From: Tubulanus polymorphus
Taxonomy: Eukaryota; Animalia; Nemertea
Assembly (NCBI RefSeq): GCF_964204645.1
Contig: NC_134029.1
Coordinates: 9,574,850 to 9,638,849, forward strand
Reading direction: 5' to 3'
DNA: 64,000 nucleotides
Both the position numbers and the translations under genes were made by a program. This document shows positions 39,950-51,500 of the stretch, piece after piece. The first letter of the stretch is position 1. Every line of letters begins with the position of its first letter. The notes below the pieces were generated by a model that made no database searches, had not been told where the DNA came from, and saw only the letters and a program-made list of their open reading frames with translations.

Positions 39950-42900
39950 AATACATTTATCACATGTACATTATGCACAAGAGGAGAGCAAAGAATAGGA
40001 TGCTTCATTCAGACTGGAATGTGATCCAGTGCGAATAGAAAGTAAAGAGTTCTGAGTATAATAAGGACAGAGATGCAGAGGATGGATGGTTTGATGCATG
40101 CGATTCATAATGTGGAGCTCTGCACCAGAATCCAGTGACACAACTCACAATTTCTACTACTTAATAAAATGGTATTGATAATAATTAGTGATAATCATAT
40201 TGGTTAGATAATAATACATGACCAGTGAAACCTTTGGTGGGTGCAATTACTTAACGAATTGATCTTACTTGATGCATAGGGTAGGTTAGGAGTGTCTCGA
40301 GGGAACCACTGCTGTATACCATCTTCTCTTCACTACGTTTGCCAGCGAAAGGGCCCTTCATCTATAAAATTGGCGATAAAATTCACTGATGCAGTTTCAA
40401 CAATCAGCGAGAAAATGAGATGAAAAATTCATCCATTACATTTAGAAATACACTTTGTTCATCGCGCGAGCTTGTAAAAGACGCGTAAAACACTTTTCTA
40501 GTGTTCTGGTGCAGAATTCCCCCTGATTCTGGCCCCTGAGTTAAATCAATTCGCTTTGAATTTGATAATGAATATATCAATGCACCAGTGCACTGCATTT
40601 TCCAACATGCTAAACCAATGAAACAGTGGTATGCCTCAGATTAAACTACAAATACTGCATTTCCAATATTATATGGGTCTGTGAATAAGAGAAAATTGAT
40701 ATCATTTTTGATTACATTAACCTTTTCAGTGCTGACTAATTATTACCTGAAATTACTATTAATTTAAAAAATTCTAAAAATTCCACCCAAATGTGTATAA
40801 GAACAGGCACACTGCTATAGTGGGTCTATATCATAGCCTGGTGTATTGTAAATGACTAATATTTCACTATGATGGACAGGTGCTGCCATCTCTCAATAAA
40901 GATGAAAACCAATAACTATGTACATCAATGCACCGTGATGTGGTGTACTAGCAAAGTTCATCACTGATTTAAACACTGCCCTGCGATGTAGATGCACTGA
41001 AAGGGCTTAACGTACAGAGTGATAGCAGGAATTGTAATGGGTTCATTGTGTGCGTCGAGTCATTGTTTCTGAGAAATGAAATTATCATTCAAGATCAATT
41101 TCAACAATCGAACGAGGCCAACACGGATAAAACATATTTGAGTAATGCTTAGAAGATGAAATAAATACCTGCTGCGCATACTAAAATTTATTATCCAAGA
41201 GACATGGGAAACGATCTCATGATAGTGTGACAGTGTGCAGGTAGAGGGAATCTATTGTTAAGAGTTTATCGTGCACTTATAAGATGCTTTCCAAGAGTGA
41301 TCTACCACTGCGCTTAAAGCCCCACTAAGTTCGCTCCTACGGCGGGACAGATCCAGGACTAACTGGATTTCGAGCGACTGTTTGGCAGGAATCAGAATCA
41401 AACGGCAGCATAGGTTCGAATCCCATCTCTTGTATTCTTTCGACAGTAGAATTTTTCAATTATCATCACGAATCAATGGCTTTATTGTGTATGCTGCTTT
41501 CATGAGGCAAATTGAAAAGTTAGATAAGTTACACGGAAGGAATTTTCGTGAATAATACAGATACAATTTATGTTGGAAGATGGTGTAGGGCCTACTGTGT
41601 AGCAGTTACTTATCCATTGATTCATATGTAACTTTCATAAGTCCTTGATCTAATGAAGCTGAAATGATACAATGAAAGCTAGTGACCTACTCAACCTCAT
41701 GGTTGTAAGTAATAATTCAGTACGTCTCAATCATAAATATCAATTCCTAAGACCGTGCAAAATTATTCAGGACTAATACCACTGTTTCATATTATGTCAT
41801 ATTCAATAGCTAGTGCTACATGTCAAGTTCTTAGATTGATAACGGATATTACTATATGCATTTCAAAGCAGCATTCTAAATAGCAGTTATTCATTATTTC
41901 CCTTATTCTTATTCATGCACTACCGATACATAGAATGTAGAAGAACAAGAACCGTTGCCTTCATAAGGTTTGAAAGTTTTTTCCTTGATGACAAAGAATG
42001 GTGTAGTTCTTGAAAACTTCTTGAAGACAAAAGATGCATATGCTTCAAGGCCAAAAGTCGCTCATGCACCATAACACTGAAAAATCTTACCATCTCAATG
42101 GGGCTAAACATGACAGTACTATAAACATCGGGGCATGTATAATGAACCAAATTATATGAATTCAAGAATCAGATGTTTCTATGGATGAAATGTAACATAA
42201 ATGGCGATGAGTGTATGCATGGAAACTAAATAACTTCTACAAGAATAGTGCAAGAATTATGCCAAAAACTCATCCTAGTTCAATTATTCAAATCTCTTCA
42301 AGACTCTGTCATCAAGCAAAACCCTGCAATGGTAGAAAGGGCGTGCAACTATTCATAGTATTGAGGTACATGTGACCCAATCAGATTGCCTGTTGCATAC
42401 AAGCTTTTCTCTCTTCATCACTCAACCAAATGAGCACCATGAGCAGCACTCATTGTTTCTTTCACCCAATTGAGGGGAAGGAGTGAATGAAGAACCTCTG
42501 TCACCACCAAACCCAGCCTTGGGATGCGAGGTGAAAGACTGATGGTTTTAATGACTAAAACACTTTCTAACACTTAGTGTATTTTGTATGGTGTCAAAGT
42601 CTTGATGCCATCTTGTTCTTATCCCTGCAAGGGAGGATGACAAACTTAAACAAATTATGAAAAAAGATTATGTTTTATATAAAAGGGAATAATAACCTAC
42701 ATAACTAAGTATTACCTAAAACTGAAATTTTCAGGTTAAAGTAACCGAACCAAGATTGAGGCTGTAATCGTAATTTGGTTCAAAAAACAAATTCCAAAAT
42801 GTTTCTATGTATTGTATAGTGGTAAAAATTTGAAAAATGTGAAATTGCATTAGTTGTTAACCCTTTTGTCAATCCACATAGAATCTGGGAGACAGAATAG

Positions 42901-45478
42901 AATAGTAACAAGAGTGCTCAGAAAAGAAACTCTTCAAATGCAGTCAGGAAACCCACAACAACCAAACTAGACAACTTTTGACCCCATTTAACGAAAAGTA
43001 ATAGAAAAAGTTCAACATATGATTAAATTCATTCAATTCAAGTAAGTAGAAAAAGTTGATGCAAGGCGTCTCGATTATCAATAATGTTAACCAAACAACT
43101 AAAGGATGATACCAGAACACAAAAAAGCCAATATTTACATAGACTCGGGCGGCCATGTTACTGAACATTTGTTGCATGGAGAACATAGAAACAAAGTAAA
43201 AAGATACTATACCAAACAAAAGGGGAAGAATAGGTTATAATACATAATGGAGGAGGCTCCAAGAGATTTGCTTCACTTACTTGATGCATAGGGTAGGTTA
43301 GAAATGTTTCCAATGAACGGCCTTCGCAAGCGGGTTTCTCTTCATAACGTTTGAGCAGTGCATTAAATTCAGGTTTTTGTTTATACTCGGCTAACACTTG
43401 AAGACTAAAATGATGATTGCGTACATATTCCTGGTATATGCCTAACATTGGAAGCAGCATATCGAACAAGTCACCTGTAAAACAATTATTCTAAAAGTAT
43501 GAGCATTTACAGCAATAGATACACAGAGCGTCGGCATTAAAAAACTTTGTGCCTGATTCACTTATCATCGCCTAACCCATTGAGGGCTTTTTATAACATT
43601 ATTAGTGGTCTCTGCATTTTTCTCTGACAGAGCGGAGGCCAGAAAAGAACCACTGACTAAGACACCCTGCCATCACCAGTATTTGCAACCTGTGTAACCC
43701 AGATTAATCAGACTATTACAAAACCAATCCTCTAGGCCATAGCCTCTCACCCAAACCACTGCAAGGATAGATATAGAAAGTTTGATTGAAAACTTATAGG
43801 GTTTTACATGAACTTTTTCCTATAAAATGAAATATGCTTTCATTTCTATGTCAAAAATTGCTCTGGAAGTATCTATATCATATAATGTATTTTCAAGGAT
43901 TTTAGACCAAATTTGAGGTTGCTATGACTTCAGATTTGTAATTCTGACCCACCATACTAAACATATTCAATCAAACCCTAAGCGCCATTTCGAATTGGTG
44001 ATACGTAAGTTTATTCTTACATCCCCAATTCCAATGTGCACCACTCAGGACTTTATCATTCAGGGGGCTCTGAAATTTCATAAGTAGTATACTTACCTAA
44101 AACTAACGTTGGCCAATTTTCCATCCTGGCACTCAAGCCTTTCAGAAAAATTTGATGTAAAAAAAGTACAGTTTCACTAAAAAAGAAGATCATAATACAT
44201 TTATTCATGTAGATATATTGAGGATTCGATGTAATCAGAGAGCTACCAAATTTTTCATAGGGAGCGTTTGAGCAGTTGAGTGGATAGATGATAGCTGTTT
44301 GTGTGCAAGGTATGTTTTTACTTTTTAATAGAAAAATACAAAACTTAAACATTGCTCTCAACCCTGCATACTTAAACAATGCTATTCATTGTTTTCATTG
44401 ATATGGGAATGAAAACATTTAAATGCTTTAGTAATCAAGGTGTAAAACCCTCAGTGTAACACCTGGAAAATTAGGAACAGTTAGCAGCTTGGAATTTCCA
44501 ATTGTAATTCATATCATTCATGTTCTACATCTAAAAGTTTTGTACAACGACAGTCTATTGAATGATAAGTAAGATTTAAAGTCTAGGGCCTGTAAGATTT
44601 CGAGGACCACTTTCATGGAGGCAGGTTAAATTCAATCCAGTTTCAAAAAGAATAACAAAACTTTTTCTGACCTCTGGTTAACAAACTTATAACAAGTGAA
44701 ACTAGAAGTAGACCATTCCTACTTGAAAAGAACTCTGAAATGCTCGACAGTCTGACAATTTCAATATTCAGCGCCCCTCATGCACACATGAGGAAACCAA
44801 TGACCTTCAAACCCACCATGTCATGAGCTACAATTTGACAATTGATTGGCAGTTACAAAATATGCCTACTATTGTTGGATCCATAATTTTGTTAATAATA
44901 AGTTGATCTGTTTATATTATGCATCAGTTAGTCTAGTCAGGATTTTGCATTCAGAAATGAACTATGAATTGGCATTAACTTGCTTTTGTTTTCGTCTATC
45001 AGCGATTGTTTACCTAGAATACACTCTCGCTCTCGTAATTCTGAATAAACGGCTTCCGCAGACGTAATCGCCTATTTTGTTATGCAAATGAATAGGTCAA
45101 GACATCATAGCAATGTCTCAAAGCATCCATGAAGCAGATTTTCAACTAACAAACTGGACACTGGTTTTTTTTTACTTAAGCGAGTAATGACAAATAGGAA
45201 TAGAATTTCATCCTTTCGATACAACCAAATCCATAATGATCAAGACTAGTAGCATGAACATGCAGCAGGTGAATACACCAAATTTTAAATTGCACCCAAG
45301 AATAAATCGTACATCATTGTCCTCACTACACATCTGAAAGCTGATGTGTGACAAATTATTTGATGATGCGCAGGAGTGCGTGGTCGGACTTGCTAATGAC
45401 CTCCCCCGCTCACCTCTTTTGGCACTTACATTATACTGGCTATCTGATCAGTATATCTATACATGATCAGATCATTGA

Positions 45479-45536
<58 letters not shown>

Positions 45537-48500
45537 CTGCGTGAATACCCAGCAACACTACTGATCCACTACTCATCGTTAATTGATGTTCTCCTCTCTT
45601 CTTCGCCTTGAACGATGTTAGGCCACTAAGTCATTTCACGATTTGAAGGCATCGAGATATGCCTGCGTGATTATCATCACGGCAGCTGTATAACGACTTT
45701 AATTGTCATCAGTCATGTCGCCGAGTGTTGTTTGATAAAACGCCAATTTTTAACCCACCCATAAAATACGACGCATCTTTTTGATAATGCCTATCGCTGC
45801 CGTGATAGATAAAAATGCAGCAAACTGATCGGTTTTGTAAATCATCTTTCAAAATAACATTATGTTGTAAAATCTCTGGCCGAGTACACACAGTTTCTGG
45901 GTTTCCAAACAACAAAAAACTGCATAATGGGGAACCACAACACTAGCTATTCCACAAGATGGCATGACAAACACTCAGGCTTATCTTGTCAAAACTAGTC
46001 CATTATGAATGAACGCTGATCTGAATTTTTAGGCTCCCATACTATAGTTTTCATTAATATTCAAAGAAATCTAACGCTGAAAACTGATAAACTCATAGCG
46101 AATCTGTGGATTCCTTGATTGCCAAAGTAGCATTGGAGGTTCCCCATCCTCTGCAAAATTACCTATTGCTTGAGATTTCTATTACTTAAAATTCCAAAGT
46201 TGCTCTACAAGTGCGCCTGAAAGGAAGATTAACGCATTTCCACCTTACCTATTTAAAAATATAGAATTCACATCTTCATGAGTAATAGGTGGTTTTTTTG
46301 AGCTTGCTGCCATTTTGAGAGGTCGTAAAAAACAAGAAACTAAAGTAGATAACTGGCGAACATATTCCTCTTCGCCCTCAACCATTCCGAACACAATACT
46401 GTTACGTTTACGCATGCTTTCTGCATGCTCCGAACGTATATATTCGTCCACGATTTGTTTCCACCGCCGTCGACAAAGCCAGCCTCGGAAAAAACTCTGG
46501 ACCTAAATTATGAAAAAAAACTACAATACTTATTTACGAAAATAAATTTTTAAACCGTCATACCAAAATTTGATTAGCAGATTAAGCGAGACCTTAGGGA
46601 ACGTATCCACTGGTTTGAATTTTTTAGTATGGGAAGATAGCATGTCGTAATACCCACGGCAGGTTGTTTGCATATCAATGCAAGATTTTTACTCACTTTT
46701 TTAATTTTTTTCAGCTCATCACTTTCTTGTTCATCTAGAATCATATGATTGGGCATTTTCAATCCTCGTTTGTATTCTTTCAACTGAAACAAAAAAATTA
46801 TTTGATGTTACCTCCGCACCTAATGCCAATGAGTTTGATCAATGTGCACACCTTACACCATTCAAAATTGATATATACACATGAACCTTTCAAGAAAAGG
46901 AAAGAATTGGACTTAGATTTGTAGGAACTATCTATATTTTTCAGATTTCTGCTTCCGATGCCTGTGCCGATGCTAATCTTGCCAAAGAAAAGGTCAGGAA
47001 GAGCAAATATTTCAAATGAGTTCACTTCTAGAGGAATCAATTTACAAAGCAACACTTTTCATGCATTTTCTATGTTTATTATTAAGCATTAAAAAACTAT
47101 CAACAACCATGAGGACAAGGGCCAATTTCATAGAAAGGGTTTCAAAGAAATGGTAAGACTGGGGAATATTTCATAATCTTTAAAATTGGTTTTAGCTCCT
47201 GGAGCGGTAACATTTATTTAAAGACTAGTTCGGTGCCCTGTTAATGAAAACTTGCTCTGAATTCGGAAATGTGGATAAGCTTGTCTGCCGAGGAGAAAGT
47301 TTAACCAATAAAGCATCTCTATTTATCTATGCAATGAGCATATTCACTATGGAAAAGGTTTTTTAGAGAAATATCCATCAATTCTGTGATCTATCCCTGG
47401 AGATAAGAGTACATATGCTTGAATGCAGTGCTAAATAACTGAGAATGAAAAAAACAGGCTTTTATTGGGCAAAATGATTGCGTGCGACTGTGCAACTACT
47501 AAAGTCAACGTTAAGTCAGACTGTATAAGCACCCCATTCCAAGAAATCTGATTACAATTGCCAGTTCGCAGAATGCAAGGGTCTATTGCTGCTGCATTGG
47601 TAGTTACGAAATATTTTTCAGTACATGTATATCGCGAGCCTCCCTGGACTTAAATATTGCTGTATGAACAAGGATGAAGCAGTTTCTAGTATTTTAGGCG
47701 TATATGAGTGTCACATATGTAAAAATCAGGTGCTAGCACAACAGTCAAGGGGGCAGGGGGATGTCTATCATTGACAACGGCTCATTTTATATTCAAAGCT
47801 CTTTCATAAATTCTGCATGTAGTTAGGCTAGGCTGTGTTGATTTGGAGATGCACAACATATATGTGTACACAACGTGTATCGCAAGATTGCAAAATTTAA
47901 CAGCAAAATTTGCTTCTGCTATTTTCTCATGGCGCTTAAAGAGGCTATCATCGTTTCTATGGCAATGCATATTATTCAGTGTTTAGATCAATTTTGTGAT
48001 GTATTCACTGACGCTGTGTACAGACTGCTCGTCCTGCATTGTGTGTCTCGCTAGTGTAAAATCCCTCACATCTATGAAACAATGATGACAAAATGACTGC
48101 AACGGCAAATAAAAGACACTTGTTGCATACATCCAGCCAGTGTGTTATATCACGCCAGTGCTCACTTAACATCAACATTTTCTGAGAATATAGGTACATG
48201 CCTAATCTCACTCAAATTCAATGAAAATACTATTCTTTAAAAAGCTAAATTTGTTTTAATGCTGTTTTTTTTTCTTTGTCTCTGCGGTGGCATCATAATG
48301 TGTTTGCATTGAATAATTTTGATTTCATCAAAGAACAGTTTTTACACCTGTCTCTTGATTTAATCATCAATTGATATAAGTGGATATTAAAGACTTAAAA
48401 ATTCAAAATTCATTTACATTTGTTTTATAAAATATGTACTTAAGCCACTTATGAAATAAAAATGTTTTAGGAATGTGGGTATTTAACCGTGAAAACTGGT

Positions 48501-51500
48501 GGATCCAGAGTTACATATGCCTTTAAGAGTATATAAGTGTTTAATGTCATACGTGAAAATATTTCAGGCACAAAAAGGGATTTCGCTGATTTAGCTGATC
48601 CGAGCAACATAACCTTGTCTTTTCTGTTGAAGCTATGTAAAAGTTTGTGAAATTTGTCTGTAAAATGGCACTTCAGAGGACTGAACATGCTCACCCCTCC
48701 AACCTGTTCTAGATCCACTAAGCAAAGGAGGAAGAGATATCTTTTAAGGACAAAACGCAGCAAATGAATAATCCCCATCTGCTAGCCATATGACAAATAC
48801 TCAAAATATTATGAAGTCTTTCATTTCAATAACATTCCTGAATTCAATGATTAGCAAATCTTCCACTGTCTACCACAAGTAAATATTCTTTAAAATTCTT
48901 TGTAGGCCTATGCATTAATGCTTAAAAATATCTTTATGCAGCTTAGCAGTGGTAACTTTTTTTGCATATCACCTGAAGGAGCAAGCAAATGCTGTAAACT
49001 ACACTTCTTGCAGAATGCATGAGACTCTTGTTTAAAGCTAATTTTTCTTTTTTATATTTAGTATTCACCTCATCTTTCAGTTTCTTCACTTCACAGGAGA
49101 GCTCTTCGGTCTGTTGCACATAGTGCCACTTAGCTTGCCGTTCGCTGTCCAGTATTTGCAGCAAGTGCAGATGCTTCTGTTCCAGTTCTTCCTTTTGTTC
49201 GAGCACTTTGCTATAGCTGCAATTTTCAAATGATACATTATATGATTCAGCAATCAAGGTACAAAACTCAAAGTACGTAGACCCCGATTAAGTTTTAAAC
49301 AATTTCAATCCTATCAACGTCCTCAATAAATATGTAGACCTCCTCATTAAATATTTTCAGTTTTCAGAAAGTAACACATTAGCATTGGAGGTTACCCAAT
49401 TTCTTCGTCAAATATGAATATTTTTTGATTGGTTTGAACAAATATAATATAGCCAAAAGATTTAGATACATGGTATTCAGTAATTAGTAATATAGGCCTA
49501 TGCCAAACAGAAACCGGGTTGATATGAACCAGCAGATGTGAGTGCTATTACTCTCACTATCAAATTAACCCCTGGAAGGGTTTCAATTGTTTCTTAATAC
49601 CATTTTCCTAGGGTTTCAATTTATTGCCCAAAACTCACAATTTCATTTGAAAAATCCCATCGTAGCCCGGTGCTACCATGGTTGTTTTGAATGCCTCGAA
49701 GACCTTAGCAGCATCTATCGGGTATCAGGCAAATGAAATAACAGGTGTCCGAAACACTTGGGTCTTGGGTGATGGGTGTTGACATGAACGTATGTCCTAA
49801 ACCCCCAGAGAATGGACATATTGGAAGTAAAGATATATCCAAAATATTCATTTTAAAGGAACAAACAGTCAACTAAAATCTTACATTGTTTATACTCTCA
49901 GTCAATTTACATAAATTGAGACCCAGCTCCAAACAAACTCAGCAACAAACCGCTCAGCAATTCATTTCATATTCCTTTAATCAGTCCTTGATTTATGAAT
50001 ATGTAAACCCTGGCTGGGCACACGGGCAACTTTTTCTAGTAATTGTTGAGCGCCAGCCGAATGGGCTTTATGTCATATGTCTACGGGCAACTTTTTCTAG
50101 TAATTGTTGAGCACCGGCCGAATGGGCTTTATGTCATATGTCTGCAGTGACAGGAGACAGAAATTGCTTCTTGTAGAAAGAATTTGCACGGAGTTGCCCA
50201 ATATCAAACATGATCAGAAAATAGCTTGCCACTGATATATCTCTCATCGATCGCTTCGAGTTGCTGTATATGCGCCTGCTGGAGAAGCCAAGCAATAAGC
50301 AACCCATCAACTCGCTAATGAATGAGCAAATAATTACCATGTGATACTGCCAAATGTGGGAACTTCCAAGACAGTTATCCATAAATAGATTGCCCATGGG
50401 AAAAGTGGTTTACCTTGAAAACTGGAGCTTGTTTGCCCAAGACATTGTCTCTGAGGAATATTTTTCATATATCCCAATCGCAATGGCTTGTAGAGACAAC
50501 ACCCCAAAATTCGACTGAAAAGCAGTCTCTTGTGTTCGAAGGTCGTCATTTTGACAAGTCACATGACATAGATGTTTCCACGGAAATGCTCCTGTGATAG
50601 CACATGGGAAACCACAAGCAACCAATTGCATTTGCTTATTGCAACAACGAGCAACTAAAATTGCCCGTGTCACTAGGCTTAAGAGCATTATGCCATTTAA
50701 TTGATGCTGGGTCATTGTCGATCTTAGATCAGCGAGCGATCTTTCACAAACAGTTTTGGACCACATCAAAGACCCGTTCCACCGGGCCTGCAATGCCGGC
50801 AACAAACGCTACCAGTGAATGCTCTTCCAGTTCCTTAAGAAGGGTCTATGAACTAGTTGAGGATGATGATATGACTCGTCTTCATTAAGCCGTTACACAT
50901 TCTTAACCTTCAATTGAGTGAAGGCTTAAATGCATAGGCCCAGAATGCCTCATGCCTCAGAGCTTCTAATTTTAGAATTAACTTAATCATTCAATACCTG
51001 TGACATGGTCAAATCTATGGCGAGGCCCACTGCTGTTATTGGTATATGAAAATATGAATTTTAAATTTTCATTCAATCCATGGATTTGGTACCGTACAAG
51101 TAGTTTGAAACTCAAATATACCATAAGCATGATTCATACTGCCTAACATTAATTTCTCTGGCCAATCATCCTGTCCGATCACAGTGTGCACGTAAAAAGA
51201 TTTGGGATTTGGAAAAACCTTGGAGTAATCATCTTGCCCAGATGTGTCAAGATTATTCACTCCAAGGAAAACTCAACCCTCTGTGCGGGAAAGGAGGTTA
51301 TTGTGGTACGAAAAAGAAAATATTAAGCAAATCCAACCCACCTTAAAATGATCTGAATGATTTCGTTTCATAGACCAACCAAAACTACTAGCATTGTAAA
51401 CCCAATCCATAGATTGAAAAAAAAATTGGGGCACCCGGGGTGCTCCATACGTTTTCGTTTTTATATCCCCAAATTCCCATGAGTTTGCATTCATCAATCA

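Noticed and set aside
41395-41430. ggttcgaatccc B-box (also near 2497), suggesting a tRNA
   Set aside because: No cloverleaf or acceptor stem can be formed; at most a SINE remnant.
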